A stretch of 64,000 bases of DNA from Promethearchaeia archaeon (GTDB lineage Archaea; Asgardarchaeota; Lokiarchaeia; Sigyniarchaeales; SOKP01). The notes under the pieces are model-generated. The model was given only the letters and a program-made list of their open reading frames with translations. It searched no databases and was not told the DNA's origin. This document shows, piece by piece, positions 21,058 to 32,143 of this stretch. Made by a program: the position numbers and the translations under genes. Location: positions 256,001 to 320,000 of the forward strand of contig JAHQWG010000016.1 in the NCBI GenBank assembly GCA_029856045.1, written 5' to 3'. Numbering within the stretch: position 1 is the stretch's first letter; the number at the start of each line of letters is the position of its first letter.

Positions 21058-21209
21058 ATTATTTTTTATAAAGCTAAAGGAATTTTAATAATTAAATTAA
21101 CTTAAAAATCACTTTCGATCAATACTGAAATTGTATATTTTAAATAAATTTTAATTTTAGTAAATATTTACAAATATATTATTTATTTCCTAAAAGTTAG
21201 TGATTTCTT

Positions 21210-21788
21210 ATCTCTGAACTTAAACCCTTATTAAAATCATTTTTATTTGTGATTGGAGGCAATATTTGCATTGAAGTCGCAAAAGAGTTATTGAATTCAA
21301 AAAATAAAGAAATAACCGATGATATAATAACGGAAAACATAAAGAAAAGAATTCAAGATATAAATATTGATTTTGAACCGGATGATGAGGAAAAATTAAA
21401 GTTAAATACGGTTCGAAAAACATTATATAAATTATATTCAGCAAAATTAGCTCAATTTAGAAGAGTGAGGGATAAGAATACAGGTTGGTTTATCTATTAT
21501 TGGTGGCATGATTTTGATAAGCTAAATGAGATTTTACTTGAAAAAGAGCAAAAAATAATAAGTAAATTAAGGGATCGATTAAGATATGAGTTAAATAATT
21601 ATTTTTTTATTTGTGAAAATTGTAGAAAACCTGAAACTCGGTTTATTTTTGATGACGCTGTAGATTTAAATTTCAAATGCCCTGTTGATGGTTGCGGAGG
21701 TAATTTAGTTGCAGATGAAAACAAAAAAATAATTGATTTCTTAAAGGAAAAAATAGTTACACTTCAAGAAACAATAAAAAATTTTTAA
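21210..21788 (+). CDS. tfe: Transcription factor E (TFIIE-alpha)
   Basis: LNTVRKTLYKLY, RVRDKNTGWFIYYW and a Zn ribbon (CENC...CPVDGCG). The track starts at GTG 21249, but the frame is open back to ATC 21210. Confidence 0.9.
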   Translation: MSELKPLLKSFLFVIGGNICIEVAKELLNSKNKEITDDIITENIKKRIQDINIDFEPDDEEKLKLNTVRKTLYKLYSAKLAQFRRVRDKNTGWFIYYWWHDFDKLNEILLEKEQKIISKLRDRLRYELNNYFFICENCRKPETRFIFDDAVDLNFKCPVDGCGGNLVADENKKIIDFLKEKIVTLQETIKNF

Positions 21789-21794
21789 CTCATA

Positions 21795-22343
21795 TTAATT
21801 CTTCTTCTTCCTTACTGTAATCATATCTCCTAATGTCGTTGGAGCCTTTTTTTGTTGAATATATCTTCTATAGTCATTCTCATCTTCTTTCTTTTTTTCA
21901 ATGAGCTTAATATTGTAAGTCTTTTCAATCTTTTTAGCTAATGAGATTGTTGGGATTCTTTTTCCGTTTTCAAGGCTTCGGATTAAAGATTCTTTCTCAT
22001 GTAATTTTAAAGCGAATTTTTCTTGAGTTAATTTATATCTTTCTCGTGCTTTTTTAATTTTAGTCGCGAAATTCCTGACAATTTGTAGATCTGACTCATC
22101 ATCTTTTTTTACACTTGGTTTCGCTATATAAGGGATAATTCCCGATTTACGCTTTACCGGTTTTTTATAAAAGATTTTTGATTGAGTTTTTGAAGAGGAA
22201 GTTATTGAAGTTTTTTGTCCTAAATTTGAACATGATTGACACACTGTGACTTTAACACCCTCAACAACAATATTAATGGGTTTCCCCCAAATTATGCCTC
22301 CACAAATTGAACATTCTGGATAATTTTGCTTTTTATGGGACAT
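21795..22343 (-). CDS. mbf1: Archaeal multiprotein bridging factor aMBF1
   Basis: N-terminal CxxC...CxxC ribbon, HTH (IKKARE...TQEKFA...LENGK.IP) and C-terminal TLGD. Confidence 0.9.
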   Translation of the reverse strand: MSHKKQNYPECSICGGIIWGKPINIVVEGVKVTVCQSCSNLGQKTSITSSSKTQSKIFYKKPVKRKSGIIPYIAKPSVKKDDESDLQIVRNFATKIKKARERYKLTQEKFALKLHEKESLIRSLENGKRIPTISLAKKIEKTYNIKLIEKKKEDENDYRRYIQQKKAPTTLGDMITVRKKKN

Positions 22344-22582
22344 TATATTTTCTTATATTATTAGAAATAAAAAAAATTTATGTATAAATTTACTAAAAAT
22401 ATTTTTATTGTAATAAAATTTCAAGATATTGAATTTCTTTTTATCCAATAATTACAATTAAATAAATTTTAAATAACATTATCGTCATTTTCTTATATCT
22501 GATAATAATATTTTATATAATCATCAAATTTAAATTTTCTAAATATATATTTAGTCATAATAAAAAAGAATGAAAAACATTA

Positions 22583-23797
22583 ATGCCCGCTATTAAAGAA
22601 AAAAATAAAAAAGAGGATCTCAAAGAAGGAGAGTATTTAGTCACTTATACACGACACCTTGAAAAACGACTAAGAAGTCTAGAGACTGAAAAACAATTAT
22701 TAGACGCAGAACGACTAAGATTAGAACAAGAACTTCATAGTTTAAGAAATGAAATAGATAGACTTAGAGAACCGCCTTTAGTTACCGCTACTGTTATTGA
22801 TGTGCTTGATGAAAAAAAGGGAAGAGCGGTAGTAAAAAGCTCAACAGGTCCAAGTTTTGTAGTTAATTCAAGTCGAAAAGTTAAAGGCCAAAAAATAGAA
22901 TCGGGTATGAGGGTCGCACTGAATCAACGTACGTTTGCAATTATGGAGATTTTACCTGCAAAGTTAGATCCATTTGTTAAAGGTATGGAAGTGATTGATT
23001 CCATTCCAGATATTTCATATGAAGATGTTGGAGGTTTAGAGGAACAAATACAAGAAATTCGAGAAACCGTCGAATTACCATTAAAGAAACCAGAATTATT
23101 TGAAAGAATTGGAATTGAACCTCCTAAGGGAGTATTATTATTTGGAGCTCCTGGTACTGGTAAAACATTGGTAGCAAAGGCTGTAGCGCATGAAACCCAA
23201 GCTAGATTTATCAGAATTATTGGTTCTGAGTTAGTTCAAAAGTTTATTGGAGAAGGTGCACGTTTAGTTAGAGAGATATTTCAACTGGCTAAAGAAAAAG
23301 CACCATCAATTATCTTTATTGATGAATTAGATGCGATTGGATCAAAACGATTACAAATTGCCACTTCGGGAGATAGAGAGGTTCAACGAACATTAATGCA
23401 ACTTCTCAGTGAGATGGATGGATTTGACCAAAGAGGGGATGTTAAAATTATTGGTGCTACTAATAGACCTGATATATTAGACCCTGCTCTATTAAGACCT
23501 GGTAGATTTGATCGATTAATAGATTTTCCAATTCCTGGATGGCAAGGAAGAGAGTGTATTTTTAAGATTCATATGAGAGGGATGAATATTGACAAATCTA
23601 ACTTTAATTTAAATCGTCTAGTAGATATGACAAAAGGAGCTACAGGAGCAGATATAAAGGCAATATGTTCTGAAGCGGGTATGTTTGCTATTAGGAGAGA
23701 AGCAGATAATATATCCTTTAAGGACTTTTTAGAAGCTACTAATAAAGTTTTAGGAAAAATGAAAGAAAAAAGTATGGAATCTAAGCTTTACTCTTAA
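22583..23797 (+). CDS. pan: Proteasome-activating nucleotidase PAN
   Basis: N-terminal coiled coil and OB fold, [29 protein letters not shown], and a C-terminal HbYX-type LYS. Confidence 0.96.
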   Translation: MPAIKEKNKKEDLKEGEYLVTYTRHLEKRLRSLETEKQLLDAERLRLEQELHSLRNEIDRLREPPLVTATVIDVLDEKKGRAVVKSSTGPSFVVNSSRKVKGQKIESGMRVALNQRTFAIMEILPAKLDPFVKGMEVIDSIPDISYEDVGGLEEQIQEIRETVELPLKKPELFERIGIEPPKGVLLFGAPGTGKTLVAKAVAHETQARFIRIIGSELVQKFIGEGARLVREIFQLAKEKAPSIIFIDELDAIGSKRLQIATSGDREVQRTLMQLLSEMDGFDQRGDVKIIGATNRPDILDPALLRPGRFDRLIDFPIPGWQGRECIFKIHMRGMNIDKSNFNLNRLVDMTKGATGADIKAICSEAGMFAIRREADNISFKDFLEATNKVLGKMKEKSMESKLYS

Positions 23798-24022
23798 TTT
23801 CAAAATTATTTCTTTTTTGTGATAAATTTTATTTTGTTATTCATTTCTATTTTATAAAGTCAAAAAAGAGAGAGAAGGAAAAAAAGAAAGAATAAGAAAT
23901 ATTATTGATAAAATGGAAATATTATAATATCTATTAAAAAACCTTTTTTTAAAAAAAAAGTAATGATATTAACCTATAAGATAATTCAATAAAAATATAC
24001 CAGAAAATATAGTAGTTAAATA

Positions 24023-24499
24023 TTGCAGAACGAAGAAATTGCGTTCCGAAAAGTTAGATCGTTATCAGATTTTATTTTCGGTAAAGAAATTACAAATCTT
24101 TTTTTTAATGATGAAAGTAATTGTAAAATGGAAAGATCCAAGAAAACAAAAAAAATTAAATTTATTTATCATAACAATAATCTTTTATTTATTTTAAGAC
24201 CAACTTCCGGGTATTTTGCTCTAACTTTATATTCCGCTCAAAAAATAATTGATCATATACCTCCTCCTAAATTGAGAGTGATTGTACAAAATGATGTTTC
24301 GGAATTTATAAAAAAGGGGAGGAATGTTTTTTGTAAACATATAATAGAGATTGATACTAACTTAAGACCAAATGATGAGGTTATTGCTGTTAATGAAAAT
24401 GATAAATTATTAGGAATTGGAAAATTGAAGCTACCAGTTGATTATCTCTTATCATTTGATAAAGGCGTTGGAATAAAAATTAGAAAAGGAAATAAATAA
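24023..24499 (+). CDS. PUA-domain protein similar to the archaeosine TGT C-terminus
   Basis: RSKKTKKIK, GRNVFCKH, LRPNDEV.AVNEND.LLGIG, GVGIKIRKG. Confidence 0.82.
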   Translation: MQNEEIAFRKVRSLSDFIFGKEITNLFFNDESNCKMERSKKTKKIKFIYHNNNLLFILRPTSGYFALTLYSAQKIIDHIPPPKLRVIVQNDVSEFIKKGRNVFCKHIIEIDTNLRPNDEVIAVNENDKLLGIGKLKLPVDYLLSFDKGVGIKIRKGNK

Positions 24500-24558
24500 A
24501 ATAATATCTCACATTAAATGTAGTAATTAATATCAGAAAGAATTTTTGGTGATTTTTT

Positions 24559-25047
24559 TTGGTTAAAGTTCCAAAAGATCTTCAGAAAAAAAAGAAAGAT
24601 GTTCCTAAAAGACCACAACCTAAAATTGCAAGAAAAGGAGAGCAATCTTTAGGGTCAAGGGCCATGAGAAGAAAAATGGAGCAACAAGGAATCTCTATGG
24701 ACCCAATAGATGTGAATAGAGTAATTTTTGAGTTAGCAGATAAAACTATGGTGATAGAGCAACCAGAAGTCTTCTTAATGAAACAGATGGGGCAAGAAAT
24801 ATATCAAGTTATGGGAACGGCAGAAGAAAAAACAATTGGTATTTCAAGCGTAGAATCAGTTCAAATTGCAGATTCAACTGAAAAGGAAGAAATTACTGAT
24901 GAAGAATTAAAGCCAGAAATTACAGAAAATGACATACAACTTGTCGCCGCACAAGCAAATGTTTCATTAAAAGAAGCTGAAGCAGCATTAAAAGATTCTA
25001 ATGGTAATATCGCTCAAGCAATTATTTTTTTGAAAAATAGACCTTAA
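24559..25047 (+). CDS. nac: Nascent polypeptide-associated complex protein
   Basis: RRKMEQQGI NAC domain and UBA-like DIQLVAAQANVS...GNIAQAI. Confidence 0.92.
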   Translation: MVKVPKDLQKKKKDVPKRPQPKIARKGEQSLGSRAMRRKMEQQGISMDPIDVNRVIFELADKTMVIEQPEVFLMKQMGQEIYQVMGTAEEKTIGISSVESVQIADSTEKEEITDEELKPEITENDIQLVAAQANVSLKEAEAALKDSNGNIAQAIIFLKNRP

Positions 25048-25118
25048 TTAATTACCAAAAATTAAAGTAAGATAATATATTTTTTATGATATAAATTTTC
25101 AATAAAACCTATTAATCG

Positions 25119-25499
25119 TTGAAAATGTCTAAAAAAGAAAAAAAGAAACCATCTGCGCTACCTGAGCTACCCGATTTAGATAAAAAATTTTTAGATATAA
25201 TTCAATTTACAGGTTGGATCTCGCTCCTAATTGGTGGATCTCTGCTTATTTTAAATCTATATCTCGCTTTTATTGATGAAAACCATATAATAACAATAGG
25301 GGCCATTGAAATAGGGATTTCTAGAACTTCAGTTGTTATAATGATCTTTAGCATTACAACAACGGTTTTTTGTTTTGGCATAGTTGATCTATTAAGAAGT
25401 GATCTCTCAAAAAAGAGACAATATTTTATGTCTTGGTTAATTGGAGAATTCCTATTAGCTATGTTTGGAGTCTTCTCTTTAGCAGTATATCAATGGTAA
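25119..25499 (+). CDS. Membrane protein (about 3 TM), function unknown
   Basis: Three hydrophobic segments, C-terminal YQW. Confidence 0.65.
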   Translation: MKMSKKEKKKPSALPELPDLDKKFLDIIQFTGWISLLIGGSLLILNLYLAFIDENHIITIGAIEIGISRTSVVIMIFSITTTVFCFGIVDLLRSDLSKKRQYFMSWLIGEFLLAMFGVFSLAVYQW

Positions 25500-25527
25500 C
25501 TCTGAGTTCTTAATCTAAATTTCTATT

Positions 25528-25884
25528 TTAGACATATTCTTCCCTATAAGGGGAAAATGCTTCAATTACTTCAGCTTCTTCTAATATAAATGCCCCATGT
25601 TTTTGATTAGAATTAAAAATGTAGGAATCTCCCTTTTTTGTTATAAATTGCTCCATTTTTCCCCCTTCTTCTATTTCAAACCTTATCTTTCCTCTTAAAA
25701 CAAAACCTGTTTGACTCGATATATGAGTATGAATTGGAATTGTAAAATTTTTCTCTAATAAAAATTGGCAAAGCATTATGTTTTCATTGAAAACTAAAGT
25801 CTTTCTATATATACCATCTAACATTTTAACAAATTTTGTCTCTTCTAACCCGATTTTAAACTTCTCACTCAAAATATAAAGCAC
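25528..25884 (-). CDS. Cupin-domain protein
   Basis: PIHTH..SQ.G.VL.G, GDSY...N..HG, FSP.REEY. Confidence 0.8.
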   Translation of the reverse strand: MLYILSEKFKIGLEETKFVKMLDGIYRKTLVFNENIMLCQFLLEKNFTIPIHTHISSQTGFVLRGKIRFEIEEGGKMEQFITKKGDSYIFNSNQKHGAFILEEAEVIEAFSPYREEYV

Positions 25885-26388
25885 CTAAACAATACATATT
25901 TTTTTACAATCAAATTAGAAAATTTATTTCTTTAAATATGACAGTTTTATTTTTACTATTATTATAATTTTCTGAATTTCAAAATCAATTCTCAAAAAGA
26001 ATTTAAAAATTAGAAAGTCAGCAAACTCTCTCAAAATAAACGACATAAAAAATAATATAATAAAAATTTAAAATATTTAGAAATCTCTCAATTTAATATA
26101 TCAAATCATAATATAATCAATCAATAAATATCTAAGCGCACATTAATAAATTTTCTTATGGTGGTAATAATTTTTTTAAAAAATAAAAAAAACATTAATT
26201 TTTTATATCTAAAAAATAAATTATTAATTCAATTGTATCAAATTATTCTAACAGAGGGAAACGGAGAGGTGCCGACAAAATACGACAAAAAGAATCACTT
26301 ATTTCGAACTAAACTCTTTTCTTTTAGGAAAAAAATATCCAACCCTTAAAAACAAGTATTAAAAATAATTTTAAAAAAATGAATAATT

Positions 26389-28551
26389 ATGGTCATTACA
26401 ATACAAGATAAAGATTTAAAAGATTCGAAAGAAAAAAATGCTAAAAAAAATCAACATCGCATTTGGTATATTAAAAATCTTCTTCCAAAAGTCTATCAGT
26501 CTAAAGGAGATGTAGTTAATTTTGATCCCATTAAGATTGAAGAAAGTATTATCAAAGAAACTAGCATGGATATAGAAGAAGCGAAAAAAGTAACTGAAAA
26601 AGTAGTTAGAAGAATCATTTCATCAACTATAAAGTTTCTCTCAGGGCCACATATTAGAGAATTAGTATGTTCCGTTTTGTCTGAACAAGGTTTTGAAAAT
26701 GAAAGAAAACTTTATACAAGAATCGGTATGCCTCTTATGGATTATGAGCGACTCTTATATAAAGGAACTAAAGAAAATGCAAATCAATTTTCTAATCCAG
26801 AATCAATTCATAATTGGAGTGCTGATAGTTTAGCCGAAGAATACGCACTCTTAAGATTACTTACTACAGAACAATCCCATGCACATTTATCTGGAGATAT
26901 CCACGTTCATATGCTGAGATATTTCGATTTGCGTCCTTTCTGCCAAGAATGGGACCTAAGATTAATTTTAAAGTATGGACTTCCCCCAACAAAAACGTGG
27001 AGCCACTCAGCTTGCTCAGGACCCGCGAAATCTGCTATGGTTGCAATGTTACATGCAGCAAAATGGTTGGGAATAGTACAGGGTGAGTTTAGTGGTGGTC
27101 AGGGTTATGATAATTTCACTACAATGATTGCACCATATATTTCAGGTTTAAATGAGAAAGATATAAAACAGGCGGCCCAATGTTTTGTTTTTGAAACAAA
27201 TCAAATTTTTGCTGCACGAGGAGGTCAAGTTCCATTTACCTCTATATCATGCACACCCACTGTGCCTAAAATATTAGAAGAAATAAACGCAATTGGTATA
27301 GGTGGAAAGGTTGTTGGTAAATATGGTGACTTCAAAGATGAAACCCTAAAATTATTCAATGCTTTAACTGAGATCTATTACGAAGGGGATGGCTTTGGAA
27401 AACTATTTGCATTTCCAAAACATGAAATAAAATTGAAAAAAGAATGGATGATAAAATATGAAGATGCCTATTTAAAACTAATGGAAGAAACTGCTAAATT
27501 TGGAACGCCATACTTTCTAAATACTTGCGCTGATTGGCTTCCCGATGAAATACACAGCCAATGTTGTAGAATAATATTAACTCCCGATGGTATGAGAAAA
27601 ACATGTGATGATCCTGATGCTTTTGATTGGACAAAATCATACATGAATATGGGCTCGCTTCAAAGTATTTCTGTTAATTTACCCAGGGTGGCTTATCAGT
27701 CAAATGGTGATGATGATAAATTATTCGAAATATTGGGTGATCGTCTTAACATGATGAAAGACATAAATCTTATTAAGCTTAATATTCTTGAACAAAGGTT
27801 AAAGGATCGGCAATTACCACTTTGTGCAAGTGTAGTTGATGGAAACCAATTACTTGATATGAGAAAACAAAGCCTCTCAATTGGTTTTGTGGGATTAAAT
27901 GAAATGGTTCAATATCATACCGGACAAGAATTACATGAATCAGATACAGCTTTTAATTTTGGAAAACGAGTTCTTCAATTTCTGTCAGACAGAACGGAAG
28001 AATTTAAATACCATCCCCATAACACTCAAAAAATTAAATTTAGCTTATGGGAACAACCAGCTGAGCATTGTTCAACTAGATTTGCTCTTTTAGACCTAAA
28101 ACATTATAAAAACAAAGTCATATATTGTGGAACTAAAAATTCTCCATATTATACAAATAGTAGTCATCTAAATTATGATGCTGACATTCCTCTTTTCGAA
28201 AGAATCCTAAAACAAGCTGAATTTCACCCCATTATTAAAGGTGGAGTAATTACTCATTTATGGATGGGCGAGCAAAAACCTGATCCAGAGGATATTTGGC
28301 AAATGACGAAAAAAATCGCCTTTAACACCAATACAGCTTATTTTGCTTATACTTTTGATTTTTCTTATTGTACAAAATGCGGACTTTTTATTCAAGGAGT
28401 TCATGATGAATGCAGTAATCCAAGATGTGATGGTAAGGGGAAAGATATTGAAGTTTATTCAAGGGTTACCGGGTATTATTCTCGTGTGGACCGTTGGAAT
28501 AAAGGTAAGGCACAAGAATTCAAAGATAGAAAACGATATGGTCTTGTTTAA
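26389..28551 (+). CDS. nrdD: Class III (anaerobic) ribonucleotide reductase
   Basis: ATP cone, ENAN, SQCCR, PAE, YYTNS, Zn site and Gly-radical motif YSRVTGYY. Confidence 0.95.
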   Translation: MVITIQDKDLKDSKEKNAKKNQHRIWYIKNLLPKVYQSKGDVVNFDPIKIEESIIKETSMDIEEAKKVTEKVVRRIISSTIKFLSGPHIRELVCSVLSEQGFENERKLYTRIGMPLMDYERLLYKGTKENANQFSNPESIHNWSADSLAEEYALLRLLTTEQSHAHLSGDIHVHMLRYFDLRPFCQEWDLRLILKYGLPPTKTWSHSACSGPAKSAMVAMLHAAKWLGIVQGEFSGGQGYDNFTTMIAPYISGLNEKDIKQAAQCFVFETNQIFAARGGQVPFTSISCTPTVPKILEEINAIGIGGKVVGKYGDFKDETLKLFNALTEIYYEGDGFGKLFAFPKHEIKLKKEWMIKYEDAYLKLMEETAKFGTPYFLNTCADWLPDEIHSQCCRIILTPDGMRKTCDDPDAFDWTKSYMNMGSLQSISVNLPRVAYQSNGDDDKLFEILGDRLNMMKDINLIKLNILEQRLKDRQLPLCASVVDGNQLLDMRKQSLSIGFVGLNEMVQYHTGQELHESDTAFNFGKRVLQFLSDRTEEFKYHPHNTQKIKFSLWEQPAEHCSTRFALLDLKHYKNKVIYCGTKNSPYYTNSSHLNYDADIPLFERILKQAEFHPIIKGGVITHLWMGEQKPDPEDIWQMTKKIAFNTNTAYFAYTFDFSYCTKCGLFIQGVHDECSNPRCDGKGKDIEVYSRVTGYYSRVDRWNKGKAQEFKDRKRYGLV

Positions 28552-28646
28552 TTTTTTTTATCTTTTTTCTCCAATTCTATTTATATTCTTAATAAAAAAT
28601 TATAATCATACCTAATTTTTTTAAAATTCCAATAACTTAATTATAT

Positions 28647-28982
28647 ATGAGCTCATTTTTCAAAGATTTGACCATTTCAAACCTTCAAAAAGAAATTGAT
28701 AATTGGATTATCAATGAAGGTGGCGGATATTGGCCACCGTTTTCAATGTTAGCTGCTATTCTTGAAGAGTTGGGTGAGGTTTCGCGTGAAATTAATATTA
28801 TAGAAAAAATTAAACCCCCCAAACCTGATCAGGTTAAGGGAGATCTGGGCATGGAATTAGCAGATCTAGTTATTGCAATAATATGTACTGCTAATTATTA
28901 TAAAATTGATTTGGCTGAAAAATTAATCGAAAAAATAAAGCAAATAAAAATTAGAGACAAAAATAGATTTATTAAAATATAA
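28647..28982 (+). CDS. MazG-like NTP pyrophosphohydrolase
   Basis: GYW.P, EELGEVSRE, ELADL, RDKNRF. Confidence 0.85.
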   Translation: MSSFFKDLTISNLQKEIDNWIINEGGGYWPPFSMLAAILEELGEVSREINIIEKIKPPKPDQVKGDLGMELADLVIAIICTANYYKIDLAEKLIEKIKQIKIRDKNRFIKI

Positions 28983-28999
28983 GAAAATAATTGATTAAT

Positions 29000-30400
29000 T
29001 TATTCAATCATTTTACAGATATTTTCAATTTTCGCTACGGTCTCATCAACTATTTCATTTGTATGTTGTATACAAGTATAAAATCTACTCCCCGCAACTG
29101 AAATTATATTTTCGCAAACTAATGCCGCACCTAAATGCTCCATAAATTCCTTACGTTCCCTTATTTGACCAAAATGCTTAGGGTTATCCATATCTAAATT
29201 CATTACAGCGGATGTATGCATATGAACCGTGGCATTGAAATTATAGGAAATCCATGGTAAATTATATTTTTTAAATATTTCATTTAATCCATTTGCCAAC
29301 CAAGTTCCTATTTTTCCTGCCTTCTCAGTAGCATTAGTTTCCTCAACAAATTTTATTGCCCAGTATGCTGCTGCACAAGTTAATGGGTTTGCAGCAAGAG
29401 TTCCACCACAATATGCCCTTTTTCTACCACCGCCCACTCCTGCAGCGATATATTGCATAACATCTGCTCGACCACCAATTGCGGCAGCAGATGGGTATCC
29501 ATGCCCCACAATTTTACCAAATATAGAGATATCGGGATTAATCCCATAATATGCCTGACCACCGCCCATATGTAATCTAAAAGCACAAACAACTTCATCA
29601 AATATCAATAAAGCTCCATTTTCATGACACAGTTCTTCCACTTCTTTATTAAATCCAGGTCTTACGGGATTTGCTCCACTCTCTGGACCCATAGGTTCGA
29701 GTAATACTGCCGCTATTTTCTTCTTCTCTTTAAATAATTGTTTTAATGCTTCAATATCATTTGGCTTGACAGACTCTATAAATTTAAACACCGGTTTTGG
29801 AATTCCATGTGATTCTAAAGTTTTTGTACCAGGAATATGCAAATCATAAACTAATTGATCACTCCATCCATGATAACCTCCACCTATTTTAATAACCCAT
29901 TTCCTGCCAGTAAAAATCCGAGCTACTCTTATTGCTAACATGTCAGCCTCAGTACCTGATTGTAACCATCTAATATTTTCGCAAGAAGGAAAGTGCTTTT
30001 GTAAAGCTTCTGCAGCTAAAATCTCATATTCATTAGTGATTCCATGACAAGATCCTATTTCTTTAATAACTTCGATAATCTTTTCTGTATGAGGTGGATA
30101 ATTATGTCCTAAAATGGTTGGACCCCCATTCATAAGGAAATCTACTAATTTAACATCATCAACAGTCCACATATAACATCCATCAACTCTCTTGGATGCT
30201 AATGGAAATGGAAAATTAAATGCAAGATTATGCTCCACACCACCCGGAATGATTTTTCGGGCTCTATCATATAACTCCTTTGATTTTTTATGTGTTTCTG
30301 TATACTTTTTAACTATTTCTTTTAATTTATCTGGCTTAAATTTCCTTAAAGGATTATTAACTAAACCTTTTATTCCTTCCATTATTTCATTATAATTCAT
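29000..30400 (-). CDS. Class III PLP aminotransferase (GSA-aminomutase-like)
   Basis: SGTEA, GGYHGWSD, LIFDEV, FGK (PLP Lys), GGTLAANP. Confidence 0.85.
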   Translation of the reverse strand: MNYNEIMEGIKGLVNNPLRKFKPDKLKEIVKKYTETHKKSKELYDRARKIIPGGVEHNLAFNFPFPLASKRVDGCYMWTVDDVKLVDFLMNGGPTILGHNYPPHTEKIIEVIKEIGSCHGITNEYEILAAEALQKHFPSCENIRWLQSGTEADMLAIRVARIFTGRKWVIKIGGGYHGWSDQLVYDLHIPGTKTLESHGIPKPVFKFIESVKPNDIEALKQLFKEKKKIAAVLLEPMGPESGANPVRPGFNKEVEELCHENGALLIFDEVVCAFRLHMGGGQAYYGINPDISIFGKIVGHGYPSAAAIGGRADVMQYIAAGVGGGRKRAYCGGTLAANPLTCAAAYWAIKFVEETNATEKAGKIGTWLANGLNEIFKKYNLPWISYNFNATVHMHTSAVMNLDMDNPKHFGQIRERKEFMEHLGAALVCENIISVAGSRFYTCIQHTNEIVDETVAKIENICKMIE

Positions 30401-30526
30401 ATTTCATTAATCACTTTCACTAATTTTGAAAAGCCTTTGACAATGTGCTTTTTATTTAATAATATTTAAAAAATTAAGACAAAATATTAATTTAAGCAAA
30501 AAACATTTTTAATAAGAACTTAAAAT

Positions 30527-32116
30527 GTGCTAAGAATGAATGAAGAAAAATATATCCTTGCTCATGATCATGGGACTTCTGGAAGTAAAGCTGCAATAGT
30601 ATCAACCCATGGAGAAGTTCTTGGTTTTGAATTCGAAGAAGTTCCATTATTTTTACCCAGTGCGGGAGCAGCCGAGCAGAACCCAGATGATTGGTGGAAT
30701 GCAATGAAAAAATCTATTACAAGGGTGTTGGATAAAAACTTGGTACCAATTGATGATATAGTTGGATTTTGTAATACTAGCCAATGGAGCGGAACTGTTC
30801 CAGTTGATAAAGATGGAAATCACTTAATGAACGCAATTATATGGATGGATACAAGAGGGGCGCCTTATGTAGAAAAATTCTATAAAGGAATTTTAAAAGT
30901 GGGCGGATTAAATATAATAAAAGCATTAAAATGGGTTAAAATAACTGGAGGTGCGCTAAGTACAACTGGGAAGGATTCCATTGCTCATATTTTATTTTTA
31001 AAAAATGAGCACCCTGATATTTATAATAAAACCTTTAAATTCCTAGAACCTCAAGATTACATTAATTTAAAACTTACAGGTAAATTCGCCGCTTCTACTT
31101 GTTCTATCCAAGTTCATTGGATTACAGATATAAGGGATATTAATAATGTTGTTTATCATGATGGACTCATAAAAAAATTAAAACTTAATAGAGATCAATA
31201 TCCAGATCTAAAATTAACAACTGATATTTTGGGAACTATTAATAAAGAGGTAGCAGATGAGTTTGGTTTAAATGAGGATGTCAAAGTTATTATGGGTGCC
31301 CCAGACATCTCTTCAGCAGCAGTAGGTTCAGGAGCAGTTAGGGATTATGAAGGACATATCTACCTTGGAACATCATCATGGTGTGTATGTCATGTACCAT
31401 TTAAAAAGACAGATCTATTTCATAATATGGCCAGCCTAGTCTCCGCAATTCCAGGAAGATATTTGTTTACAAACGAGCAAGAAATTGCTGGAGGATGCCT
31501 TTCATTTATGAGAGATAATATATTATATCATCAAGATGAGCTACTTCTTGAAGAGAAAGTTCCGGATGTTTATAAAATATTTGATAGAATTGTAGAGAAG
31601 GTGGAACCTGGAAGTAATAAACTAATTTTTACTCCATGGTTATATGGAGAGCGATCTCCTATTGATGATCATACAATTAGAGGGGGACTTCATAATCTCT
31701 CATTGGAAACGCATAGAGAGCATATGATAAGAGCAATATTTGAAGGAGTTGCTTATAATTCCAGATGGATATCTCAATATGTCGAGAAAAATATTAAACG
31801 CCCCTTAAATCCAATAAATTTAATTGGAGGTGGCGCAAATAGCAATATATGGTGTCAAATTTATGCTGACGTTCTTAATAGAACAATTAGACAGGTTGAG
31901 AATCCAATTGAAGCAAATGCACGAGGAGCTGCTTTTATTGGATCAGTTGGACTAGGATACATTACTTTTGATGAAATTCCAAAATATATTAAATATTCAA
32001 ATATCTATGAACCTAATCCCGCAAACACAAAGATCTACGATGATCTATTCCAAGAATTTATCACTATTTATAATAATAATAAAAAAATGTACAAGCGTTT
32101 AAACAAATTTCATTAA
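30527..32116 (+). CDS. FGGY-family carbohydrate kinase (xylulokinase-like)
   Basis: DHGTSGSK, AEQNPDDWW, IWMDTR, YLGTSSW, GERSP, GGGANS. Confidence 0.9.
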   Translation: MLRMNEEKYILAHDHGTSGSKAAIVSTHGEVLGFEFEEVPLFLPSAGAAEQNPDDWWNAMKKSITRVLDKNLVPIDDIVGFCNTSQWSGTVPVDKDGNHLMNAIIWMDTRGAPYVEKFYKGILKVGGLNIIKALKWVKITGGALSTTGKDSIAHILFLKNEHPDIYNKTFKFLEPQDYINLKLTGKFAASTCSIQVHWITDIRDINNVVYHDGLIKKLKLNRDQYPDLKLTTDILGTINKEVADEFGLNEDVKVIMGAPDISSAAVGSGAVRDYEGHIYLGTSSWCVCHVPFKKTDLFHNMASLVSAIPGRYLFTNEQEIAGGCLSFMRDNILYHQDELLLEEKVPDVYKIFDRIVEKVEPGSNKLIFTPWLYGERSPIDDHTIRGGLHNLSLETHREHMIRAIFEGVAYNSRWISQYVEKNIKRPLNPINLIGGGANSNIWCQIYADVLNRTIRQVENPIEANARGAAFIGSVGLGYITFDEIPKYIKYSNIYEPNPANTKIYDDLFQEFITIYNNNKKMYKRLNKFH

Positions 32117-32143
32117 TTTTATTTAAATCTTTATTATTAGAAA

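Noticed and set aside
26158-26349. 63-aa ORF upstream of nrdD
   Set aside because: Low-complexity AT-rich translation with no motif; probably promoter sequence.
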